63,841 bases of DNA from Thermoanaerobaculia bacterium (GTDB lineage: Bacteria; Acidobacteriota; Thermoanaerobaculia; Multivoradales; UBA5704): assembly GCA_038248205.1 (NCBI GenBank), contig JBBRUC010000005.1:1-63841 (forward strand), written 5' to 3'. The translations under genes and the position numbers were made by a program. This document shows, piece after piece, positions 44,845-52,504 of this stretch (position 1 is the first letter of the stretch; the number at the start of each line of letters is the position of its first letter). A model generated the notes under the pieces. The model was not told where the DNA came from. It did not search any database and saw only the letters and a program-made list of their open reading frames with translations.

Positions 44845-46476
44845 CTACCCCGCCGCCGCGAGCCGCACGGCCGCCACAGGCTGCCGATCCTCGACGGTCA
44901 ACACCCAGGCCGGCAGGGTGAGCCGGCCGTGGGTCGTCTCGATCCGGGCGCTCCCCCCAGCTGTGGGCGGATCGAGAGTGAGAGCCAGCCGGCCGTCGCG
45001 GCTCCGGGCGAGGCGCCGGCCGTCGGCTCCGGCCGGGCGGGAGAGCAGGCGGTCGAGCAGGCCGAGCAGCAACCGCAGTTCCCCGGGCGCGAGCTGCGGC
45101 AGGTCGGAAAGCGCGAGGGGTCCCCGGCCGGCGAAGCGCGCGAGGGCGGCGAGAAAGTCCTCCTGCTCCCGCCGGTGCCGCTCGGCCAAGAGGAGCTTTT
45201 CCCGCCGGTGGTCCTCGATCTGCGTCATCCGCCCGAGCACGCCGGTCCTCCCCATCTGGCGCAACATGGGTGCTACGGGGACGGGAGGCGCCTGCCACCA
45301 GCTGGCCCCCGGGCGAATCCCCTCGGGATCCTCGTGCAGGCCGCCGAAGTGGCGGGCGCCGAATAGGCCGAACGCATTCTGAAACAGACGGTGCGCCCCG
45401 GCCGCGTCGTCGCGCGTGCCGAGCGCCTCGAACCAGGAGGCCAGGCGCAGCAGGTCGGCGGTGCGGTCGATCCGCCGGAAGCGCTTTTCGTGCAGGCGTT
45501 CGAGCACCAGCAGGATGCGGTTGATCGCCTGGAGCGCCGCGCCGCGCAGGTTTTCAACCATCGGCCGCTCGCGCCCCTCGCCGACGAACCAGGCGGCAAC
45601 GCCCCGCCATTGGAGCGCGAGATCGCCCGCCGGCCCGGCGTTTGGCTCGGCGGTCTCTCCGGCGTCCAAAGTCGGCGCCCGGTCGGCCGCGGCGGCCAGC
45701 TCGATCATCCGCGCGACTCCGGCGGCCTCGATCCGCCGCACCTGCCGGGTGACCTGCGGCGCGATCGCCGCCAGCTCGCCGACGAACCGTTCGAGGTAGC
45801 CGATCACCGCCTGCTTGTAAACCACGAACGCCTCGGCGTGGACCTCGCCCGCATCGATCGCCGCGTGGAGGCCGGCCAAAAACAGGCTCGCGTTCTCGGT
45901 CAGGGCGCGGAACTGCTCGCCGATGTTGAACAGCGCCTCGAACAGGCGCGCCGCCGAGGGATCGTTGGTCGCCAGCTCGTCGGCCAGCTCGGTCAGGTTG
46001 CGCAGGATCGCCCCGAGCATCACGGTTTGGAGTGAGCCGCTGCTCTCGATCGCCGCGAGCACGGCGACGACCGCGCGCTCGGCGGCCTCGCCCGCGGCGG
46101 TCAACTGATAGACGAAGTGGCGGCGGCGAAAGTCTTCGAGCGACGCAACCCGGCCCGTGTCGTGGCTGCGCCGCAGGTTGCCCCACTCGACCAATTGGTC
46201 GAGCGCGCGGTCCAGGCCGTCGGCCGGCAGCAGGTCGGTAAACCCAAGCCGCCGCACCTCGGGCGCGATCTCGTCCGGCCGCAACTGCACCCGATATCGC
46301 GCCTTCGCGTCGGCGAACACCCGCACCACCACCCGATAGAGCGCCGCCTGAGACTCGACGGTATAGGCGAAGACCCGCAGCGGCCGGAGGTCCGCGGCGG
46401 CGGACGGCGTAGACGAGGAAGGCGGTTCCTGGATCATCGGCAAGGCGGGGGTTGCGGGATTGCGCGATCGTAGCAT
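44845..46476 (-). CDS. jetA: Wadjet JetA (TIGR02677/DUF2397-type kleisin-like subunit)
   Basis: LRVFAYTVESQAALYRVVVRVFADAKARYRVQLRPDEI fits the TIGR02677 N-terminus, and it is the first gene of the operon. The start is either 46476 or MIQEPP at 46437. Confidence 0.8.
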   Translation of the reverse strand: MLRSRNPATPALPMIQEPPSSSTPSAAADLRPLRVFAYTVESQAALYRVVVRVFADAKARYRVQLRPDEIAPEVRRLGFTDLLPADGLDRALDQLVEWGNLRRSHDTGRVASLEDFRRRHFVYQLTAAGEAAERAVVAVLAAIESSGSLQTVMLGAILRNLTELADELATNDPSAARLFEALFNIGEQFRALTENASLFLAGLHAAIDAGEVHAEAFVVYKQAVIGYLERFVGELAAIAPQVTRQVRRIEAAGVARMIELAAAADRAPTLDAGETAEPNAGPAGDLALQWRGVAAWFVGEGRERPMVENLRGAALQAINRILLVLERLHEKRFRRIDRTADLLRLASWFEALGTRDDAAGAHRLFQNAFGLFGARHFGGLHEDPEGIRPGASWWQAPPVPVAPMLRQMGRTGVLGRMTQIEDHRREKLLLAERHRREQEDFLAALARFAGRGPLALSDLPQLAPGELRLLLGLLDRLLSRPAGADGRRLARSRDGRLALTLDPPTAGGSARIETTHGRLTLPAWVLTVEDRQPVAAVRLAAAG

Positions 46477-46512
46477 CGAAGGGCGCGCCGGGAGAGGATT
46501 GCTTGCTAACCT
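46473..46512. repeat. 40-nt direct repeat, copy A (upstream of vapB, at the jetA start)
   Basis: GCATCGAAGGGCGCGCCGGGAGAGGATTGCTTGCTAACCT matches copy B at 47311-47350 in 36 of 40 positions. Confidence 0.85.
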
Positions 46513-46616
46513 GGACTTCTTTCAGCGGAAGTTGCGAGGGATCGAAGAACGGCCAGGCGACCTCACAGACCACCTGCCAGCATGTGCTAGCATCAAACCC
46601 TGCCAGGAGGTTCCCA

Positions 46617-46847
46617 TTGGCGAACTTGAGTATCCGCAAGCTGGACGACGAAACCTATGACCGGCTCAAGGACCGAGCCGTTCGGCATGGCTTATCGATG
46701 GAAGAAGAGGTTCGCCTGATCCTCAAGCGGGCCGTCGCCCCGCCGGATCGCCTAGGGGATCTTTTTCTCCAAATCTTCGGCCCCACCCGGGGAGTCGACC
46801 TGACTCTTCCCGAACGAGAGCCGCACGACCCGATGGACCTTCAGTAG
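46617..46847 (+). CDS. vapB: RHH (FitA/Arc-like) VapB-type antitoxin
   Basis: A TTG start gives (M)ANLSIRKLDDETYDRLKDRAVRHGLSMEEEVRLILKRAV, a typical FitA-like ribbon-helix-helix. It lies 15 nt upstream of a PIN gene. Confidence 0.8.
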   Translation: MANLSIRKLDDETYDRLKDRAVRHGLSMEEEVRLILKRAVAPPDRLGDLFLQIFGPTRGVDLTLPEREPHDPMDLQ

Positions 46848-46862
46848 TTCGTCCCACTGACC

Positions 46863-47291
46863 ATGATCATCGTCGACACGAATGTCGTGGCAGAGATGAT
46901 GAAGGAATCCCCCGCCGTGGAGGCCGTAACTTGGCTGAATGCCCAGGTTGCTTCGAACCTGTTCCTGGCTGCGATCACCCTTGCGGAAATCGGTTATGGC
47001 CTCGCTATTTTGCCCCACGGCAAGCGGCGGCTAACCTTGGAACAGGGCTTCGAGCGGGTGATCGCAGAAGCCTTCGCGGGGCGAGTTCTGGCTTTCGATG
47101 ACGAGGCGGCTCGTCTGTATGGTGTGTTGATGGGAAGGCGTAAAACAATCGGGCGCCCTTTAAGTATTTTTGATGGCCAGATCGCTGCGATCGCTCGTTC
47201 GAATCGCTCGGCCATCGCGACGCGAAACGTCCGAGATTTCGAGCACTGCGGAGTTGAGGTCATCAACCCCTTCGAAACGGTTGGTGGCTGA
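46863..47291 (+). CDS. vapC: PIN-domain VapC/FitB-type toxin
   Basis: MIIVDTNVVAEMMKE (first acidic residue), LAAITLAEIGYG and IAAIARSNRSAIATRNVRDF are canonical VapC/FitB motifs. Confidence 0.85.
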   Translation: MIIVDTNVVAEMMKESPAVEAVTWLNAQVASNLFLAAITLAEIGYGLAILPHGKRRLTLEQGFERVIAEAFAGRVLAFDDEAARLYGVLMGRRKTIGRPLSIFDGQIAAIARSNRSAIATRNVRDFEHCGVEVINPFETVGG

Positions 47292-47310
47292 TACGTTGAC
47301 TCGTATTGCA

Positions 47311-47350
47311 GCACCGAAGGGCGCGCCAGGAGAGGATTCCTTGCTAAACT
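47311..47350. repeat. 40-nt direct repeat, copy B (19 nt downstream of vapC)
   Basis: GCACCGAAGGGCGCGCCAGGAGAGGATTCCTTGCTAAACT. See copy A at 46473-46512. Confidence 0.85.
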
Positions 47351-47402
47351 CGCCCGTGCCGAGCACCCCACCTCAGCTCCTACCGATCGGAGAGGCCCTG
47401 CC

Positions 47403-47666
47403 ATGAGTTCAAAGCCGACCTATCTGGACAGCGCCCACCGGAAGATGCGAATGGCGGAAGACATGTTGCGGGGGCTCGAAGAGCGGCTCGGCGACCTCGA
47501 ACGGACTCCGAGCTATATGCCGCTCGACCGGTCGGAAGAGAAGTTGTGCATCCTCGCGGGCGAGGCCCGGCGGGAGGTGGCGCGGATGGTCGCCGAGCTC
47601 TCTTTTCTGCTCGATAACCCAGATGCGGAACTGCCCGAGCCACCGTCGGCGCCCGCCGACGCGTAA
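47403..47666 (+). CDS. small hypothetical helical protein
   Basis: An 87-aa ORF with an ATG start. No family was recognised. Confidence 0.4.
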   Translation: MSSKPTYLDSAHRKMRMAEDMLRGLEERLGDLERTPSYMPLDRSEEKLCILAGEARREVARMVAELSFLLDNPDAELPEPPSAPADA

Positions 47667-47799
47667 GGCGGCGAAGTCGGGTAGTCCGAACATCGCGACA
47701 TCGATCGTAAAGTAGCGGGGCGAACCGGTCCCCGTTCTTCCCTGGTCCCTCCCCGAACGGGTAGCGGAGCTTGCGCCTCGGTCACTTATCATTCGGAAC

Positions 47800-48774
47800 A
47801 TGGACCGCTCTCCAAACGCCGCCGCCGCCGTGGCTCGACTTCCCGTGGTTTCTACGGCCGTCGGGGAGACTCCCTTAGTGGAGGTCGACGGCATCCTCGC
47901 CAAGCTCGAATGCGCGAACCCGTGCGGGTCGATCAAGGACCGGATCGGGCGCTACATCCTGGAGGAGAGCGAACGGCGCGGCTTGCTGCGCCCGGGGATG
48001 CGGATCGTCGAGGCGACCAGCGGCAATACCGGGATCGCGTTCTCCTACTTCGCGCGCGAGAAGGGGTATCCCGTCACCATCGTGATGCCCGAGGACATGA
48101 CCGAAGAACGGAAGGAAATGATCCGTGCGCTCGGCGCCGAGCTGATCCTCTGCTCGGCCGCCGGGAGCTTCACGGAAGCCGCCGCAATCCGCGACCGGCT
48201 CGCGGCGGAGCATGGCTGGTTCAATCCCGACCAGTTCTCGAATCCCTTGAACACCGAGTGCCACGAGCGGACGACCGGCGAGGAAATGATTCGCCAAACC
48301 GACGGCCGGCGGATCGACGCCTTCGTCGCCGGGGTGGGAACTGGAGGAACCGTGATCGGGGTCGGCCGGCGGTTGCGCGCGAAGTTCCCGAGAGTCTGGA
48401 TCGCGGCGGTCGAGCCCACGGAATCGGCCGTGATGAGCGGCGGCGCTCCCGGCACGCACGGCATTTCGGGCATTGGCGACGGGTTTATCCCTGCGCTTGC
48501 AAGCGACGGCCGCGGCGGGGTTCATCCGCTGATCGACGAGGTGATCTGCGTTTCGACGGCCGAAGCGCTCGCCGCCGCCCAGGACATTCGCTCGCGGCAC
48601 GGCTTCTGCGTCGGCGTCTCCGCGGGGGCCAACTATCTGGCGGCACGGCGCCTCGCCGAGCGTTTTCCGACGGTCGCCACGATCTTCCCGGACGGCTACA
48701 CCAAGTACCAGTCGCGCGGCCTCAGCCATTGCGCACCGGGCACCTGTCCGTACGAGCACAGTCTGCCGGTCTGA
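47800..48774 (+). CDS. cysteine synthase / PLP-dependent (fold type II) enzyme
   Basis: The PLP-Lys motif is NPCGSIKDRIG. Also present are TSGNTGIAFSYFA and GVGTGGTVIG (phosphate loop). Confidence 0.8.
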   Translation: MDRSPNAAAAVARLPVVSTAVGETPLVEVDGILAKLECANPCGSIKDRIGRYILEESERRGLLRPGMRIVEATSGNTGIAFSYFAREKGYPVTIVMPEDMTEERKEMIRALGAELILCSAAGSFTEAAAIRDRLAAEHGWFNPDQFSNPLNTECHERTTGEEMIRQTDGRRIDAFVAGVGTGGTVIGVGRRLRAKFPRVWIAAVEPTESAVMSGGAPGTHGISGIGDGFIPALASDGRGGVHPLIDEVICVSTAEALAAAQDIRSRHGFCVGVSAGANYLAARRLAERFPTVATIFPDGYTKYQSRGLSHCAPGTCPYEHSLPV

Positions 48775-48818
48775 GCGGTCCCTGAGAGGCCATCGATACG
48801 GGGATCCTGCAAAACCCG

Positions 48819-49100
48819 GTGCCCGTGAACGCCCTCTACGACCGCGAGGCCGCTCACGCCGTCACCTTTCGCAATCTGCTCCAGCGCCAGGGCTATCGGG
48901 ATCTCGACGAGATCCGCGATGAAGGACAGCAGCAAGCCTTGCGCGAATCCGTCCTCGCCGTCCTTCTAGCTCGCGGCCTGGCGGTCGACGAAGCGGCCCG
49001 CGCCGCCCTCGAAGCGATCGGCGATCCCGCCGTCCTGCGACGCCACCTCGGCCGGGCGGCGACGGTGGCGCCGACGGACGAAGTCTTCGTCGCCGACTGA
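48819..49100 (+). CDS. DUF4351-like fragment (C-terminal domain of Rpn/PD-(D/E)XK putative transposases)
   Basis: EGQQQALRESVLAVLLARGLAVDEAARAALEAIGDPAVLRRHLGRAATVAPTDEVF resembles the DUF4351 pattern. It is standalone and starts at GTG, so it is possibly a remnant. Confidence 0.35.
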   Translation: MPVNALYDREAAHAVTFRNLLQRQGYRDLDEIRDEGQQQALRESVLAVLLARGLAVDEAARAALEAIGDPAVLRRHLGRAATVAPTDEVFVAD

Positions 49101-49270
49101 GGGCTTCGGGTGGTACCTCTTGCTTAAGGCACCTATATAGCTGACCTGCCGGGTTGTATCGCTGCTCGCGATGTATATTCTCCTGAGCGGCATGGAAAAA
49201 CCCGTGTCGCAGAGCGCTCACGGCGAAGGCGTCTCGACCCTGTCCTGAGTGAAGCGGAGAATTCGCAGAT

Positions 49271-49606
49271 CTGGCCCAAACCACTACTGAGCTGGCCTGG
49301 ATCACTACTGATCTGGTCCAGATCACCACTGAGCTGGACCGGATCACCACTGAGCTGGACCAGATCACCACTGAGCTGGTCCAGACCACCACTGAGCTGG
49401 GCCAGATCACTACTGAGCTGGACCAGATCACCACTGAGCTGGCCTAGATCACTACCGAGCTGGACCAGACCACCACTGAGCTAGACCAGATCACTACTGA
49501 GCTGGACCGGACCACCACTGAGCTGGGCCAGATCACTACCGAGCTGGACCAGATCACCACTGAGTTGGGCCAGACCACCACTGAGCTGGCCCGGATCACC
49601 AGCTGG
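49271..49606. repeat. 16 tandem copies of a 21-bp unit (consensus CTGGACCAGATCACCACTGAG)
   Basis: Counted unit by unit. The copies are contiguous with no spacers. The plus frame reads as the heptad L-D-Q-I-T-T-E but contains a TAG in unit 9 and has no start codon. Confidence 0.95.
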
Positions 49607-49622
49607 GCTCCGGGGGACTGGC

Positions 49623-49809
49623 GTGAAGGTCAAAGATTTGATCGACAAGCTCGAAGGAGATGGTTGGAATCAAGTGCGGATGCGCGGCAGCCACCGACAG
49701 TTTCGGCATTCGACGAATGCCGGGTACGGTTACCGTCGCGGGCAAGCCGAGCGTCGACGTGCCGCCGGGGACCCTGAACGCCGTTCTTAAGCAGGCCGGA
49801 TTGAAGTAA
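49623..49809 (+). pseudogene. hicA: hicA-family toxin gene with a +1 frameshift
   Basis: VKVKDLIDKLEGDGWNQVRMRGSHRQFRHSTNAG is in one frame. TVTVAGKPSVDVPPGTLNAVLKQAGLK* continues in the next frame. The span is 187 nt, which is not a multiple of 3. Confidence 0.75.
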
Positions 49810-49820
49810 GAGGTGCTCAA

Positions 49821-50033
49821 TTGCAATACGCAGTGGTCATCGAGAAAGGGCCGGCCAGTTACGGGGCCTACGTTCCGGACCTGCCGGGCTGCATCGCCGC
49901 CGGAGCAACGCGGGCCGAGGTCATGCGATTGATCCAGGAGGCCATCGAATTTCACCTTGATGGGCTGCGCGAAGACGGGCTGCCGATTCCGGCCCCTGCT
50001 TCGTCCATCGAGCTGATCGAAGTGGCCGCATGA
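49821..50033 (+). CDS. hicB: HicB-family antitoxin (UPF0150 type)
   Basis: (M)QYAVVIEKGPASYGAYVPDLPGCIAAGATRAEVMRLIQEAIEFHLDGLREDGLPIPAP is a canonical HicB N-domain. Confidence 0.85.
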   Translation: MQYAVVIEKGPASYGAYVPDLPGCIAAGATRAEVMRLIQEAIEFHLDGLREDGLPIPAPASSIELIEVAA

Positions 50034-50065
50034 ACTGGGGCCCACGAGTTTAAGCGCCCGCAAGA

Positions 50066-50370
50066 GGATCGTGCTCCTCAAATGGCCTGGTATCGACCGA
50101 GGGCGGATCGCCGAGATGGTCGAGGCAATCACCGATCAGTCCGCCGCCCGCCAAGCAGAGCCGGGAATCGAGTCCAGGATTTCCCGAGCTTCCGGAGGTC
50201 GGCGACGATACGCCTGAGTGTTTCGGTCAGAGGGTTCATGAACGGCGAGGCCACGCAACCGCGCGGCCGACTCCGTCGCCGTGCTCGGCTCCGGGCCGAC
50301 GCTCGCGCCACTCCCGGACGTGGGCCTCGATTTCAGCCTCGCTGGCCAGAGGGTGTTTCCGCCGGAGTTT
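50066..50370 (+). pseudogene. short decayed remnant of a transposase-like gene 3' region (paralog of 52505-53196)
   Basis: IVLLKWPGIDRGRIAEMVEAITDQSAARQAEPGIES and a later LAGQRVFPPEF align with the equivalent parts of the longer remnant. It is broken by stops and frameshifts. Confidence 0.35.
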
Positions 50371-50438
50371 CTGTCGAACTCCCCGGCCTCCAAGAGCATG
50401 GCGAAGACTTCCTCGAGTTCCAGGAACGGAGACTTGGA

Positions 50439-50663
50439 CTACCGAAGCGTCTCGGTGAACTCCTCCACAGTCAGCCCAGCCAGCCGAATCAACTTGCGCA
50501 GTGTGCCGGGTGATAGTTCGCGGTGGTCTGGGACCGAGAGGGAAACGATGCTCCCTGGCCGAGTGAGAATCATGTGACTTCCGACTTGTCGACGGAAGAC
50601 CCAGCCTCGCTTCTCGAAAACTCGTCGCACCGCCCGGCCGGACACGACCGGCAGTTCAGGCAA
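50439..50663 (-). CDS. hicA: HicA-family toxin (YcfA-like)
   Basis: (M)PELPVVSGRAVRRVFEKRGWVFRRQVGSHMILTRPG...PDHRELSPGTLRKLIRLAGLTVEEF. A TTG start at 50663 overlaps the hicB stop. Confidence 0.8.
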   Translation of the reverse strand: MPELPVVSGRAVRRVFEKRGWVFRRQVGSHMILTRPGSIVSLSVPDHRELSPGTLRKLIRLAGLTVEEFTETLR

Positions 50664-50865
50664 CCGCGACCTCGACCTCAAGGGTCCGCACGGTCAGCGG
50701 CAGACCTTGCTCGGCTCGCACTTCCAGGCAACCGAGAATCGCTTCCCGAATGTTGGCCAGCGCCTCGGTCTCGGTTCGGCCTTGGCTGATACAGCCAGGG
50801 ATGGCCGGGCACTCGGCGACGAGCATTCCGGTTTCGTCTCGTTCGAGGGTCACGGAGAGTTTCAT
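50656..50865 (-). CDS. hicB: HicB-family antitoxin (UPF0150 type)
   Basis: MKLSVTLERDETGMLVAECPAIPGCISQGRTETEALANIREAILGCLEV. Confidence 0.8.
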   Translation of the reverse strand: MKLSVTLERDETGMLVAECPAIPGCISQGRTETEALANIREAILGCLEVRAEQGLPLTVRTLEVEVAVA

Positions 50866-50870
50866 GACGC

Positions 50871-51251
50871 TCAGGATACCATCGCCCACGAGGAAGGCTC
50901 TGCGGAGAGGCGAATCAGCGGCGACAACCAGGAACTCGGCCCCGGCACAAGATTGCCCGCCTGCCAAGATCTTTTGACGCCAGTGAGCAATGATCGGTCG
51001 AGGGCAATCATCTGAGTCACATTGGCGACCGAGTCTTTGGGAAGGCCCGTTTTGCTCGCGGAGAGAAGCACGTTGCCCGGCATGGCCGCCAAGCGAATAG
51101 TGGTCGTCAGGGGAATCACGACAACGGTGGCGAGCTGGCTGTAATTGAAGCTGTCACCCTGCACGATCACGACCGGCCGATTGAAACCCGGACCCTACCC
51201 AATCGGATCTGGCATCGTCGCCCACCAGATGTCGCCTTGAGAAATTACCAC
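50871..51251 (-). pseudogene. mazF: MazF/PemK-family toxin gene with an in-frame TAG
   Basis: A GTG at 51251 overlaps the antitoxin stop. The translation reads VVISQGDIWWATMPDPIG-TAG(51197..51195)-GPGFNRPVVIVQGDSFNYSQLATVVVIPLTTTIRLAAMPGNVLL...GLPKDSVANVTQMIALDRSLL. The C-terminal tail also looks atypical. Confidence 0.7.
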
Positions 51252-51484
51252 TCTGCGCGTTCGAGGACTCGCCGGGCCGCCTCTTTGACGAAGGAGTCGT
51301 GGCGCGTGTCGACTTCGTCGCACACGGCGTTGATCCGGTCGGTGATGCTCGGCTCATGGCGGGCCAGGTATTCGGCCACCGATTCGCTGTAAACCTGGCT
51401 TCGGGATTTCTTCAACCTGGCCGCGAGACGCTCCGCGTCTCGGAAGACTCTGTCGGGAATAGAGATAGCGGTCTTCATGCTCAA
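51245..51484 (-). CDS. RHH/CopG-type MazE-like antitoxin
   Basis: MKTAISIPDRVFRDAERLAARLKKSRSQVYSESVAEYLARH is a typical RHH antitoxin found upstream of MazF-like toxins. Confidence 0.75.
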   Translation of the reverse strand: MSMKTAISIPDRVFRDAERLAARLKKSRSQVYSESVAEYLARHEPSITDRINAVCDEVDTRHDSFVKEAARRVLERAEW

Positions 51485-51649
51485 AGTATAAGCCCATGGC
51501 TCCGCTCGGGCAACGAACTCGCGAACCAGTGTAGTGGCTTGGGAGGTTCAGTTCGAAGGCGATGTTGCGGCCGGCCGGCTCGACCACCTGGCTGAAAAGG
51601 CGCTCTCTTCCTTGCGCGCAGGGGAAAAAGAACGGGTAGGTCGCCCACC

Positions 51650-51859
51650 TCAGGCGACCTTGAGCGCCTGGGTGCCGACGAACTCCGAATGAAGCCTGGG
51701 CTCACCAGCCTCCAAGAGCATGGCGATGACTTCCTCGAGGGTCAGTCGAAGCTCATCCATCGTCTCTCCCTGCGAGTGAGCTCCGGGCCAGCCGGGCACG
51801 TGGCCAACGTACAGGCCCGTGTCGGTGTCCTTCTCGACAACGGCGGTGAAGTTTCGCAT
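51650..51859 (-). CDS. hicB: solitary HicB-family antitoxin
   Basis: MRNFTAVVEKDTDTGLYVGHVPGWPGAHSQGETMDELRLTLEEVIAMLLEAGEP. No intact hicA lies adjacent. A duplicated fragment of its 3' end is at about 51955-52015. Confidence 0.75.
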   Translation of the reverse strand: MRNFTAVVEKDTDTGLYVGHVPGWPGAHSQGETMDELRLTLEEVIAMLLEAGEPRLHSEFVGTQALKVA

Positions 51860-52017
51860 GGCGAAAAGGCTACCACTCGCAACCTGCGTTGTGTAACCCG
51901 AAAGGACGGTCAAGATCTTTTGGCGCCAGCGTCAGCATCGCAGAGGTGACCCTTGAGCGTCTGGGTGCCGACGAACTCCGAATGAAACCTGGGCTCCCCG
52001 GCCTCCAAGAGCAGCGC

Positions 52018-52236
52018 TCATGCAAACATCAGGCGACCCTTGGGCTCGGGAATCCGACGGCCCATCTCGCGCGCCGTTTCGATCCACTCGCGAATGACGA
52101 CCTTCACCGCAGCAACCGAAGCTTCGTAGGTGGGGCCGTCCGCCATGCAACCTGGCAGCTCCGGAACCTCAGCGAGGAAAGCGCCGTCTTCGTCGCTCCA
52201 GTAGATGATCACTTCGTATCGGGAATTAGTTTCCAT
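52018..52236 (-). CDS. hicB: HicB-family antitoxin
   Basis: METNSRYEVIIYWSDEDGAFLAEVPELPGCMADGPTYEASVAAVKVVIREWIETAREMGRRIPEP. Confidence 0.8.
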   Translation of the reverse strand: METNSRYEVIIYWSDEDGAFLAEVPELPGCMADGPTYEASVAAVKVVIREWIETAREMGRRIPEPKGRLMFA

Positions 52237-52483
52237 CGTCCGGCTCCGCAAGTTTGTACCGCACGATTACGTTCCGTACCTGCCGCACTTGGTAGCTCTT
52301 CGCCTTCCCGCTCGGAAGCGGTTGAAGATTGAGGATCTCGGCGACACCCTCCAGCCCGAAGATGCGATGGTCACCCCGAATTCGTTCCCTGAAGCCGAGA
52401 TTTATCAGCAGGTTGCGAAGCGGCACAAACTGGATGTTGTTGTCAGTACGCCCGGAGACGACCTGCTCGAGCAGGTGTCCCAC
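52226..52483 (-). CDS. hicA: HicA-family toxin
   Basis: A GTG at 52483 gives (M)GHLLEQVVSGRTDNNIQFVPLRNLLINLGFRERIRGDHRIFGLEGVAEILNLQPLPSGKAKSYQVRQVRNVIVRYKL. It overlaps the hicB start by 11 nt. Confidence 0.7.
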   Translation of the reverse strand: MGHLLEQVVSGRTDNNIQFVPLRNLLINLGFRERIRGDHRIFGLEGVAEILNLQPLPSGKAKSYQVRQVRNVIVRYKLAEPDDGN

Positions 52484-52504
52484 AGGACCATGTAGCGACG
52501 ATAA

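Noticed and set aside
768-45366. Many long antisense or alternative-frame ORFs, for example 768-2075, 7643-8800, 9082-10491, 12189-13481, 15372-17102, 24425-26473, 33709-35412, 39516-41267, 41144-42328 and 43924-45366.
   Set aside because: Their translations are dominated by Arg, Pro, Gly and Ala with no motifs. Each lies opposite to or out of frame with a gene that has clear family signatures. These are typical stop-codon-poor shadow ORFs of high-GC DNA.
46473-47350. Integron attC sites flanking the vapBC cassette.
   Set aside because: The 40-nt repeats are direct repeats, not imperfect inverted repeats. They lack the RYYYAAC/GTTRRRY core pair, and no intI integrase is present in the window.
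48862-49434. A 190-aa minus-strand ORF with SSVVIW repeats.
   Set aside because: It is simply one frame of the tandem repeat read backwards. It runs on through the DUF4351-like ORF region on the opposite strand with Arg/Pro-rich nonsense.
49271-49606. A possible CRISPR array.
   Set aside because: The 21-bp units are directly contiguous with no spacers and are shorter than CRISPR repeats. There is no leader or cas gene, so this is a plain tandem repeat.
50129-50311. An apparent ATGA-coupled minus-strand gene pair (...HPLASEAEIEAHVREWRERRPGAEHGD... followed by MNPLTETLRRIVADLRKLGKSW..ALLGG, nucleotidyltransferase-like).
   Set aside because: Both pieces are short and interrupted. The region aligns at nucleotide level with the plus-strand transposase-like remnant at 52860-53169, so the minus-strand reading is most likely coincidental.
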